Of a DNA stretch of 64,000 nucleotides, positions 1 to 8,262 are shown piece after piece. Where the stretch lies: assembly GCA_965116925.1 (NCBI GenBank), contig OZ220744.1, positions 3,584,001 through 3,648,000 of the forward strand, read 5' to 3'. The DNA is from Candidatus Poribacteria bacterium (GTDB lineage Bacteria; Poribacteria; WGA-4E; PCPOR2b). Numbering within the stretch: position 1 is the stretch's first letter; each line of letters begins with the position of its first letter. The translations under genes and the position numbers were made by a program. The notes under the pieces are model-generated. The model did not search any database, was not told where the DNA came from, and saw only the letters and a list, made by a program, of their open reading frames with translations.

Positions 1-51
1 ATGACCGCGCAAACACTTGATGAAATTGACTTGCAAAACCGTGATGGTTAA
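1..51 (+). CDS. 3' end of an Rpn-family gene or a free Rpn C-terminal copy (partial, runs off the window)
   Basis: Encodes MTAQTLDEIDLQNRDG*; identical to 1125-1175 except for the stop codon. Confidence 0.8.
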   Translation: MTAQTLDEIDLQNRDG

Positions 52-104
52 GCACCTGCCTCAATACTTCAAATCTGTAGAGCCTGTTTGAAAACTAAGG
101 AGCT

Positions 105-1175
105 ATGGCAGAAGAAACAGAAACAATCAATTTTTTCGACATCCGGGTTGAACACTTCCCTGACCGGAGTGCCCGATGGTTATTCCAAGACACAGAGAAC
201 GTCCGAGGATTGTTAGAAATCGTCGCAGCCGAGTTGGTAGAACTGATCGATTTTAGCCAACTCGCTCAGATTAACAGGAGTTTTGTTCCTGACAACCTTC
301 GAGAACAGGAGTCTGACCTCGTATTTAGTGTGCCATTACACCACGAATCGGAAACCGATGAACTGCTAATCTATATCCTTATTGAACATCAATCCACGGT
401 GGATTTGACAATGGGATTTCGGGTGCTGTTCTACATGGTACAGATTTGGGATTCCCAACGCCGGGAATGGGAGTCGAACGATGTGCCCAAAAGTCAGTGG
501 CGTTTCCGTCCGATTCTCCCGATTGTGTTTTATACTGGCGATCAGAGATGGAGCACGCCGCTGACCCTCAACGCAATAATGGACCTCCCCGATCTGTTTT
601 CTCGGTTTGTCCCACAATTTGATACCCTGTTTCTCAGTGTAAAGGAGACAGAGGAAGCGAACCTGACGAAAACCGATCATCCGCTTGGCTGGTTACTAAC
701 GGTTTTACGAAAGGAACATTCAGACAAGGAAGCGATAAGCACTGCGTTAATCGAAGCGATGTCGCACATCAACACGCTTGGAGACGCACAATCGCATCAG
801 CGGCGTCGGGCGATATCTTATCTGCTATTGCTGATTTTGCATCGCCGTCCGGCTGAGGAACACGAAGAATTACAAACACTCTTTGACCAACACATCCAAC
901 AACCCTCAGACAGAGAGGAGGTAGAAGTCATGGCACAGACAATGGCTGAACATCTCATTGAACGCGGCAAAGCACAAGGTATCGAACAAGGTGGAACACA
1001 AGCGAAACAGGAGGTTATCCTTAAAATGATACGGTTACGATTTGATTCCGTCCCCGAAGCTGTAACCAACCAGATTACTCAGATACGGAGTCACTCCCGT
1101 TTGGATGCCCTTGTTGAGAACGTGATGACCGCGCAAACACTTGATGAAATTGACTTGCAAAACCGTGATGGTTAG
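105..1175 (+). CDS. Rpn/YhgA-family recombination-promoting nuclease / putative transposase (PD-(D/E)XK)
   Basis: ESDLVF...YILIEHQS motif, PILPIVFYTG, C-terminal ERGKAQGIEQG repeat region; RBS AAGGAG upstream. Confidence 0.9.
   Translation: MAEETETINFFDIRVEHFPDRSARWLFQDTENVRGLLEIVAAELVELIDFSQLAQINRSFVPDNLREQESDLVFSVPLHHESETDELLIYILIEHQSTVDLTMGFRVLFYMVQIWDSQRREWESNDVPKSQWRFRPILPIVFYTGDQRWSTPLTLNAIMDLPDLFSRFVPQFDTLFLSVKETEEANLTKTDHPLGWLLTVLRKEHSDKEAISTALIEAMSHINTLGDAQSHQRRRAISYLLLLILHRRPAEEHEELQTLFDQHIQQPSDREEVEVMAQTMAEHLIERGKAQGIEQGGTQAKQEVILKMIRLRFDSVPEAVTNQITQIRSHSRLDALVENVMTAQTLDEIDLQNRDG
930..1175 (+). CDS. Putative internally translated small Rpn C-terminal protein (RpnS-like antitoxin), 81 aa
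   Basis: In-frame ATG at 930 (MAQTMAEHL) preceded by a strong RBS, AGAGGAGG; the same RBS and start are reused by the free copy at 1231. Confidence 0.6.
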   Translation: MAQTMAEHLIERGKAQGIEQGGTQAKQEVILKMIRLRFDSVPEAVTNQITQIRSHSRLDALVENVMTAQTLDEIDLQNRDG

Positions 1176-1230
1176 GTTCTGTTGATATGTGACAGATTGC
1201 GTGTTGGGTGTCAGGGAGGAGGCACAAGTC

Positions 1231-1452
1231 ATGGCGCAGACAATGGCGGAACATCTCATTGAACAAGGTAAAACACAAGCAAAACAGGAGGCAGTTCTCA
1301 AACTGTTGCGGTTCCGATTCGATTCCATTCCCGAATCTGTAACCAACCAGATTACGTTGATACGGAGTCTCTCGCATCTGGATTCACTCTTTGAGAACGT
1401 GCTGACCGCGCAGACCCTTGATGAAATTGATTGGCAAAACCGTGATGGCTAA
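1231..1452 (+). CDS. Free-standing Rpn C-terminal domain protein (RpnS-like), 73 aa
   Basis: RBS GGGAGGAGG, then MAQTMAEHLIEQG...TLDEIDWQNRDG; paralog of 930-1175. Confidence 0.75.
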   Translation: MAQTMAEHLIEQGKTQAKQEAVLKLLRFRFDSIPESVTNQITLIRSLSHLDSLFENVLTAQTLDEIDWQNRDG

Positions 1453-1553
1453 GAACCCGTTTTGATATTTCAAATCCGTTCCCGATAGGGTCCATTTGGG
1501 GACAAATTCCCCAAATGCCCTAAAAATGCCTTTGCCACCTCCTTTTCAGATTG

Positions 1554-2507
1554 TCAGGCTTTCGCTTCGGAATGCCGATGAAAGGAGAGCTCAGAGCGGA
1601 CGACCGAAAAGTCCATACGGGTATAGAGTCCAATCGCCTGAAGATTTTTGGCTTGCGTGCCGACTTGGATCTCTGATGTCTTCCCCTGATAGTGTCGAAT
1701 TGCCTCCGCGACCAATGCTTTACCGATCCCCCTGCCGTGGAACGCCGGATCCACCGCAATCAATTCAATTTCCCCTACCGTTTCTGTACCTACTTTCGAT
1801 CGGAGCAGCGCAAATCCGACAATGCGCTTTCCGCTCTCCGCAACATAAATCGCTTCGGCACGTCCCTTGAACCCGTTACGCACCCATTCACGCCGCGAAT
1901 GACGGGCGCGGGGTTCAGGGATCTGCGGATCGACCCGTAACCGAAACGATTGAAAGGCGCGATAAGCAATTGACGCAACCGCCTCCATTTCGTCCGGCTG
2001 CGCGAGTCGGATATGAAAATCGGATCCACCGTCAAACGGAATCTCACCGGCGGTCTTTCGCCCAAAGGTCAGAAATGATTCGATAACCCTGAACCCCACC
2101 CCTTCGACTGCGTGGAGCGCGGCTAATCCATCTTCAGGGAGCCGAACCGACAGAAAACGAACCCCGTGATCCTCCGCATCCGCAATACACGCCTTCAGAA
2201 CGCTATCAAGTCGATGGCACTGTTCAGTATACTCCCCCTCCGCCCACAACCCTCCAACTGAACCCGACGAGCAGCCAAGCACTTGACTATCCCACGGCAG
2301 AAATCGCCAGCCCACCAACGCCTGCAACCGATCCTCTTGACGCAGCCACCACGCACGGGTGTCTGAGTCAACCGCATAATCGAATGCCGAACGCAACGCC
2401 TCCGGATTAGCTGTTGTACAAGCCGCGAGACACTCGTGGTTGACAAGTTCGACCATTTCTTTTGGAGATGCTCCATTGCTGAGTTGTGCCTTCGGGGGAT
2501 TCTTCAA
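1554..2507 (-). CDS. GNAT acetyltransferase (WecD-like), last gene of the RiPP-like operon
   Basis: IELIAVDPAFHGRGIGKALV acetyl-CoA motif, VGTQAKNLQAIGLY; TTG start with AAGGAG RBS. Confidence 0.85.
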   Translation of the reverse strand: MKNPPKAQLSNGASPKEMVELVNHECLAACTTANPEALRSAFDYAVDSDTRAWWLRQEDRLQALVGWRFLPWDSQVLGCSSGSVGGLWAEGEYTEQCHRLDSVLKACIADAEDHGVRFLSVRLPEDGLAALHAVEGVGFRVIESFLTFGRKTAGEIPFDGGSDFHIRLAQPDEMEAVASIAYRAFQSFRLRVDPQIPEPRARHSRREWVRNGFKGRAEAIYVAESGKRIVGFALLRSKVGTETVGEIELIAVDPAFHGRGIGKALVAEAIRHYQGKTSEIQVGTQAKNLQAIGLYTRMDFSVVRSELSFHRHSEAKA

Positions 2508-2518
2508 TCTTGCTCCTT

Positions 2519-2825
2519 TAGGACTTACGCAGTTAAAAGATGAGGTGTTAAGGTAGCATGAGTGAGATTAAAAAGGTTACGTTTCGCCTGCGAAAATCAA
2601 ATTTTCCCAATTTTCCCGCGCAAATGGGAAAATTGTCCCTATTTCAGCATGAAACGTTTCGTCATGCCTGCCAATGGCATTACAAACAGTTACAAACAGT
2701 TACATTACAGGACCCTTGATGGTGCGTCTACTGTGGTCGCCCGATTCATCAGGGGTTGGACATTGTGTTCTGCGGTGATAAATCGCCGAACTACAGGATT
2801 TTGACACTCAACTGCGTAAGTCCTA
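2519..2825. mobile_element. MITE with TAGGACTTACGCAGTT terminal inverted repeats (TIRs) and a 5-bp TSD (TCCTT)
   Basis: Perfect 16-bp TIRs at 2519-2534 and 2810-2825; TCCTT at 2514-2518 and 2826-2830. Confidence 0.85.
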
Positions 2826-2838
2826 TCCTTATTGGACC

Positions 2839-4440
2839 TCAGTACCGTTCAATGACGAGGTGTTTCATGTTTTCGATCAGGTCTGCGTAATTCGTAAGTT
2901 TGGCGTCAAACTGGATTTCTAATGGAGACAGAAGGTGTTGAAAATGGGGACTGAGGAGAATGATTGCAAAGTCCTCCTGTAGAATCGAAATCACCTTCTG
3001 TCCAATCATCCTTCTTTGGGGTATATTCATCGTTTCGTCTAACTGAGAGAGCAGCGCATTCACCTCGGGATTGGCATAGCCAAAAGCGTTAGTTCTCCCT
3101 TGAGGGTGAAAGTATTGAAACAATCGGTTATAATGCTCCCCAAAGAAAATTCGGCTTAAAAAGACATCTGCTTCTCCCCACATATTTTGCAGCCCATCTT
3201 CTTCAAGAAAAACGGGATTAATTGTCGACTTTCCTACCGATTTTCCAACTTGATTAGCCACATAGAGAGCCATTGATACCTCTTTCGGATAAATTATATT
3301 CAAGTCAAGGGCAGAGTGCTTTGTAACTTTCGTCACATTTTCGTCAAGGTGTTGTCCGCCGTGAAGATAGCGGTTAATCGCTTGATAATCGATCGCCTCC
3401 TTCAACCAACGGCAGTTGCTTTCGTCTTTGAGCAAACCGTGACAACGATTGAGGAACATCAGATAGTAGGCTTCCCCGAAAAAGGGGGCCTGCTGCAACG
3501 GTAGGTCGTTGGAAATCTGGTACATAGGTTGCAACGCATCAAGGCGTATAAGATCGATTTTTTGGTCGAGGAGGGCTTTGATTGCATACGCGGCGTGCTT
3601 AAAGCGTTTGATGGTGATCCAGTCAATTCCGCCTTTCTTCTCTTGATAGTAATCTGGATTCCGCGTAAGTCGAAAATTGATGGCTTTCGGGCTGAAGCTC
3701 TTCTTCAAGCGATAGGCACCGGACGTCACGCGATACGGATGGTGCGAATGGGCTGGGCGGATGGGGAGACTGGCAATATGTCGCGGAAATGTTGATTCCG
3801 CTTTTGTCAACTGGATACGGAATCGGTTTTTGCCAGCAGGTTTTATCTCATCAATCAGTTTTGCGAGACGGCTTTCCGAAATTGTCTGGATAACGTCCTT
3901 TCGTCTAATCGGTTTTCCATCGCTCCAGTGGAGATTGGATCTCAAGGTGATTATCCAAGATGAAAAGTCCTTCGCCGGCTCGATTGCAGTTGCGAGTCTC
4001 CATTCGATTTCTCCGTTCCTATTAATCCAGAAAAGGGAGTCATAACAGAGCCGATCCAGCGAGAATTGGATTGCTGGATGGAGGTTTCCATTAGTAGAGC
4101 GGGTAAACTCCCCGATAGAGAGCCCGTTCGCCTGCGGATGTTCGTCCGGGCTTGCCATACGGATAATGCCGGTGTAAGGGGAGGGATTCAGATGTTCTTG
4201 GAGTCGTCTGTAGATCTCTCTTTTGTAGGGATCGCCTTGGTCAAGTTCCGACAGTAAGAAACGGATCTGATCCGCGTCCAAAGACGGAGTTAGATGTTCC
4301 TTGAGAAGGTTGAGTTCTCCGATGCATTGACTCAGGTATTGCGGTGTGATCCCAACCCCTTGGGCGAGTTGTCTCTTTTTTGCTGACGGGTTCTGTTTCT
4401 GATAGTTAATCAGGTTGATAAGGATATCAATTTTGGACAT
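2839..4440 (-). CDS. HTH plus family-5 solute-binding-domain protein (SgrR-like architecture), probable cytoplasmic regulator
   Basis: N-terminal KRQLAQGVGITPQYLSQCI HTH; no signal peptide; LRSNLHWSDGKPI and SGAYRL...LTRNPDYY SBP_bac_5 motifs; ATG at 4440 after AAGGAAGGGAG. Confidence 0.75.
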   Translation of the reverse strand: MSKIDILINLINYQKQNPSAKKRQLAQGVGITPQYLSQCIGELNLLKEHLTPSLDADQIRFLLSELDQGDPYKREIYRRLQEHLNPSPYTGIIRMASPDEHPQANGLSIGEFTRSTNGNLHPAIQFSLDRLCYDSLFWINRNGEIEWRLATAIEPAKDFSSWIITLRSNLHWSDGKPIRRKDVIQTISESRLAKLIDEIKPAGKNRFRIQLTKAESTFPRHIASLPIRPAHSHHPYRVTSGAYRLKKSFSPKAINFRLTRNPDYYQEKKGGIDWITIKRFKHAAYAIKALLDQKIDLIRLDALQPMYQISNDLPLQQAPFFGEAYYLMFLNRCHGLLKDESNCRWLKEAIDYQAINRYLHGGQHLDENVTKVTKHSALDLNIIYPKEVSMALYVANQVGKSVGKSTINPVFLEEDGLQNMWGEADVFLSRIFFGEHYNRLFQYFHPQGRTNAFGYANPEVNALLSQLDETMNIPQRRMIGQKVISILQEDFAIILLSPHFQHLLSPLEIQFDAKLTNYADLIENMKHLVIERY

Positions 4441-4500
4441 TTTTGTGTAAAAATCTCCCTTCCTTTGAAATGTTGCACCTTTAAGGGAAGGGAGCATGCT

Positions 4501-5847
4501 CTAACCCTTCCCCACAGTTGCTTTGTGGTGTGCCTTAATCAGTTCCGGCACAATCAGATCATATTCTTCTTTCTTCGGGTTCGCTTCGGTAATCTTTCCC
4601 CTCTGATGGAGGGCATCGACTCGGCAGTCAGAACATATCGGAAGATACGAACAAGAGAGACATTTCTCTGAACGTTGGTACTGCTCCTTAAGAACGGTGT
4701 CGATTCCGCCAAATCCGGTGGCGATATGCCCCGCCTCGTATTTTGTATCCCGACCGATAAAGGTGGTACAGGTGTACAGTTTACCAGAAGGCTCTAGGGT
4801 AAAATTCCGTCCGTCGTGCCGCTGCATCGCGCACCATGTGTGACTCGGAAGGAGATCGTCCAAAAGCCCCCGCTCTGCGGCATAGATTGAGAGTTTTGCA
4901 ATCTTGACGAGGATTTCTCTCTCCGCAGCGGTCTTTTGGCCTTTATCAGTGTACAACTGAGAGACGGCGATGGTCTCGTTGTCGTTGGTCTCCATCACCG
5001 GCGAAAATGTTACACGAACCCTTCTGTCCGCATAGCCGCTATCCGCCAGGGTGTCGATCAGTTCATAAGCGGCAGCCACACGCGACTCATCCAGAACGCA
5101 GAGGACATCGGTACGAATCAACCCCGCGTATTCGGCGAGGTTTTTCATGATTGTCGCGTAGGTGCCTCTGCCGCTTTGAAAGGGACGGGAGGCATCGTGT
5201 GTCCTCTGATTCCCGTCAATTGTGATCTGCGCTTGGGTGAATCCGAGGGGGCGCAGCGTTTCGACAACCTTCCGTGTCAGCAACACGCCGCTGGTCACCA
5301 TCCCGAAATGGAAGCGGATACCCTTCTCCCCACAGAACCGCTTCAGTTCCGTTGCAGTTGAGACGATCGCCTTCAGGTTCGAGAGCGGTTCACTGCCGTA
5401 GTAGCTGATAAAGAGACGTTCCGCCTCCACCTTTTCGCACTGTGCCTTGATAAACGCAAGGCATTCGTCCGAAAGATCACCCTCCAAACGTTCCCCGTCG
5501 TGCGTGCCCTGCTGATAGCAGTATCCGCACGCTAAGGGACACCGCTGCAGGTTCGTCAGTAACGTGACGTTGACCTCTCCGCCTTTCTGGTCGGGGGATC
5601 GGTTGAGGTATTCGAGAAACCGCTCGCCTTCGCTGAGTTCTTTCGGAACGAGAAACCCTTGATTCCGAAGCGGTTCGATGATTGTGCGCCACTGATGCTC
5701 AGTCGGAACGTCTTTCGACAGGTTTTGTAGCACATCCCATTCCGCTTTGTCAACTTGAATCAACGCACGGGAGAGCGTGTTGTACAGTAGATGTTGGTCC
5801 CTTTTCGGGTAATCGTTCACAGAGACAGTAAACTGAGATAGCTTCAT
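4501..5847 (-). CDS. Radical SAM/SPASM peptide maturase with an N-terminal RRE-like region
   Basis: CPLACGYC radical SAM motif; SPASM cysteines WCAMQ...YTC...CLSCSYLPICSDC; N-terminal LLYNTLSRAL segment; RBS GGAGGG before ATG 5847. Confidence 0.9.
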   Translation of the reverse strand: MKLSQFTVSVNDYPKRDQHLLYNTLSRALIQVDKAEWDVLQNLSKDVPTEHQWRTIIEPLRNQGFLVPKELSEGERFLEYLNRSPDQKGGEVNVTLLTNLQRCPLACGYCYQQGTHDGERLEGDLSDECLAFIKAQCEKVEAERLFISYYGSEPLSNLKAIVSTATELKRFCGEKGIRFHFGMVTSGVLLTRKVVETLRPLGFTQAQITIDGNQRTHDASRPFQSGRGTYATIMKNLAEYAGLIRTDVLCVLDESRVAAAYELIDTLADSGYADRRVRVTFSPVMETNDNETIAVSQLYTDKGQKTAAEREILVKIAKLSIYAAERGLLDDLLPSHTWCAMQRHDGRNFTLEPSGKLYTCTTFIGRDTKYEAGHIATGFGGIDTVLKEQYQRSEKCLSCSYLPICSDCRVDALHQRGKITEANPKKEEYDLIVPELIKAHHKATVGKG

Positions 5848-5878
5848 AGAACCCTCCAATTGATGGTTGATACACGAC

Positions 5879-5968
5879 GAGAAACCGAGTTTTTTCGGAA
5901 GAACTCGGTTTCTGATTTGTTAAGTTGAGGCCGTTGGGTTTCACGGTTCCCGTTCAACCCAACCTACG
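5879..5968. repeat. REP-like palindromes between the GT2 and radical SAM genes
   Basis: AGAAACCGAG...CTCGGTTTCT hairpin, also found at about 20219, 35582, 37534 and 58193; GTTGGGTT...AACCCAAC hairpin. Confidence 0.7.
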
Positions 5969-5980
5969 CTGAACTACTCC

Positions 5981-7114
5981 TTACTGTTTGCCGACTGCGG
6001 CTTTGAATGTTTGTTGAGTTAAGGTGGAGTAGAACTTACCGAATTGACGACGGAGATCTATCGCCTCCGGGGATAACTGGGAAATACCTCCCACCGAAAG
6101 CTGTCTGTGTTGCTCACCGAATTGGGCGAGGGCTGCTGCCTGCTCTCGATACGGTGAGGGGAGATCCTCGTGCTGGGGAAAAGGTCCGTCCGCATTGACA
6201 GCCAACACCCCCTCCCAGAGCCGTAGCAACGGATCGTTCGGTGCGAGTTGCAGCCCCTTTTCCAATTCCTTCTTGGCAAGCAGGATTCCCTTGCCGTATT
6301 CCCCACCTTTCTGTAGGTAGATCGCAGCACGTAACGCGTAGGCATGTGGCTCGGATTGAAGATTGGGGATCAGGTGGTCCAAAGGGGTACTTTCTATCTG
6401 TTCGCGCGTGAAGTTAAGGATATCCCGCTCCATCTTCGCTCGATTGTCTTTGATGTGGACGGAGCCCCCCGGATGTTGTCGATACTCTGCGAGCGGAAGG
6501 TTGATCGTTTCAACCCTGAATTCCTTTGCAACCCGAATCCACATCTCATAATCCTGTGCTTTGATATCTCTATACGCGCCGACCTTTTGGTGGACGAGGG
6601 AACGCACCATCACTCCCGCACAGGCGGAGATACATCCCATCAGCATATTGAACAACCGTCTATAATCCGGGCATCGACGGGGTGAGCGGGTACGGATCCG
6701 TCGCCCCGTTGCATCAATGTGATAGTAACCCGTTGCGACCAATCCGACCTCCGGATAGGTTTGAAACAGTTCGACGGAACGAGCGACCTTTTCCGGTAAG
6801 AGGCGATCGTCGTCATCAAGCCGTTGAATATATTCCCCTTGTGCCAACGCCAATCCGCGGTTCACGGCAGAGACCAATCCGTCGTTTTTCTGGTATAGAT
6901 AGGTGACTTTGGGCGTCCGGGAGAAAGAGGAACCTGCTGAAAGATACGGCTTGAGGGCAGATCTTGTGGCGGCACCCTCGTCCGATGAACCATCATCGAT
7001 AATCAGGATTTCGATAAAAGGGTAGGTCTGGGCGAGGACACTATTGACCGTCTCTCGCAAATAGTCTGGACGGTCATGGGTTGGAATAATCACAGATACC
7101 AGTCCCGGAATCAT
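5981..7114 (-). CDS. Family 2 glycosyltransferase with a TPR-like C-terminus
   Basis: VSVIIPTHDR...IIDDGSSD, YIQRLDDDD (DxD), QDYEMWIR; C-terminal helical ELEKGLQLAPNDPLL. Confidence 0.9.
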   Translation of the reverse strand: MIPGLVSVIIPTHDRPDYLRETVNSVLAQTYPFIEILIIDDGSSDEGAATRSALKPYLSAGSSFSRTPKVTYLYQKNDGLVSAVNRGLALAQGEYIQRLDDDDRLLPEKVARSVELFQTYPEVGLVATGYYHIDATGRRIRTRSPRRCPDYRRLFNMLMGCISACAGVMVRSLVHQKVGAYRDIKAQDYEMWIRVAKEFRVETINLPLAEYRQHPGGSVHIKDNRAKMERDILNFTREQIESTPLDHLIPNLQSEPHAYALRAAIYLQKGGEYGKGILLAKKELEKGLQLAPNDPLLRLWEGVLAVNADGPFPQHEDLPSPYREQAAALAQFGEQHRQLSVGGISQLSPEAIDLRRQFGKFYSTLTQQTFKAAVGKQ

Positions 7115-7218
7115 CGCTTTTCTCCTTGAAGATGTGGGGTGGGATCAAGGGAAGGTGAAACAGACTAACGCCGTTCCGCACCCTCCCTAATGCTCCCAAC
7201 CCACAGGGTATGTCCCTC

Positions 7219-7392
7219 TCACACATCAATATCTTCTTCCCAATCGATGTCGATATGTGTTTCGTAGTGCCCATACGAACAGCAGAGAAGGGATATCCAC
7301 GCAAATTCTTCTTCGGTCTCTGCCTCCGCCTCAACTTTCAAGGATTCCATCGGGAACCCGTTGTCTACCGGGTTGATGATTTGAACTGCCAT
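7219..7392 (-). CDS. Putative RiPP precursor peptide, 57 aa: MAVQIINPVDNGFPMESLKVEAEAETEEEFAWISLLCCSYGHYETHIDIDWEEDIDV
   Basis: Translated by hand (below the ORF-track cutoff); RBS AAGGAG 6 nt before the ATG; acidic leader and CCS motif; first gene of the GT2/radical SAM operon. Confidence 0.8.
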   Translation of the reverse strand: MAVQIINPVDNGFPMESLKVEAEAETEEEFAWISLLCCSYGHYETHIDIDWEEDIDV

Positions 7393-7462
7393 GTTAATCT
7401 CCTTCGGCGATGGACGCCGGATCGTTGTTACATAAGGGTTTATCGGCTAAAACCGATCTACT

Positions 7463-7487
7463 TGTAAACAATGTTTACATGTTTACA
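7463..7487. promoter_or_regulatory. Palindromic/tandem TGTAAACA-TGTTTACA boxes upstream of the precursor gene
   Basis: TGTAAACA-A-TGTTTACA-TGTTTACA. Confidence 0.45.
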
Positions 7488-7524
7488 CACCAAAGAATAT
7501 CCAATCATTTTTTAGTATGCAAAT

Positions 7525-7571
7525 TTATTTTCTTCAACTTGAAACTATTTGTTTCAAGTTGAAGAAAATAA
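7525..7571. promoter_or_regulatory. Perfect 21-bp inverted repeat in the divergent intergenic region (operator candidate)
   Basis: TTATTTTCTTCAACTTGAAAC-tattt-GTTTCAAGTTGAAGAAAATAA; each arm contains TTCAA-N-TTGAA. Confidence 0.6.
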
Positions 7572-7680
7572 GTTTGACTCTCCTTTGTTGGGTTCTGTAT
7601 TCTTTAGTATCGCAGCGCGGAAATCGGCTTAATCTGCCGATTTCAAACTTAATAACCCTTCAACCCTATGGGAGCCTAAA

Positions 7681-7953
7681 ATGAATTCCTCCACCTCTTT
7701 GAAAAAAAACAATCGTTCCGCCAACGGAAATGAATCTGATGCAAAACAATATCTTAAATGCTCGCTTCCGGCAGATGAGGTGGCACGGCACACCTATTAT
7801 GTCCGTGTGGACCTGCTTGAGAAGCTTCAGGGATACGCCTACTGGGAGCGATACGGAATCTCGGAGCTGATTAACCAGATATTGGAGGAATTCTTTGAGG
7901 ATAAGGATGTCAAGCCCAAGCCGCCTCGGAAGCGGGTGCGATATCGGCGGTAG
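7681..7953 (+). CDS. Small ribbon-helix-helix-type DNA-binding protein
   Basis: RHTYYVRVDLLEKLQGYAYWERYGISELINQILEEFF strand-helix-helix pattern; basic tail. Confidence 0.65.
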   Translation: MNSSTSLKKNNRSANGNESDAKQYLKCSLPADEVARHTYYVRVDLLEKLQGYAYWERYGISELINQILEEFFEDKDVKPKPPRKRVRYRR

Positions 7954-8262
7954 GGGTGGGGTTTCTAAAATCTTTTATCGAATCTTTCAATCGGAATGAG
8001 GTATTTGGAATTTCTGAGTCTCGCTGCCACGGTTCTCTGGTTACGATGAAATATCAACAGCACCTATCTCCTATCAAAAACACATCAATATAATTTGAAG
8101 CCTACACCGACAGAAAGCCGAGCAATATCCGATAAATCCGGTTATCGGACATCGTTGTGAAAGAACAGTCAAAGCCCCAAGCGAGGAACACCCCGCACAC
8201 CTCCCTTGCGGCGAAACTTCAAGTGGTGGGGATTTGAAAGAACAAAGACAAGGAAAAATAAA

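Noticed and set aside
105..1175. Active IS element around the Rpn gene
   Set aside because: No terminal inverted repeats or TSD; Rpn/YhgA proteins are not demonstrated transposases
2562..2804. 80-aa ORF in the track
   Set aside because: Lies wholly within a MITE and shows no protein-like motif
7074..7467. Track ORFs 7074-7334 (-) and 7210-7467 (+)
   Set aside because: Both overlap the 57-aa precursor frame, which has the strong RBS and operon context
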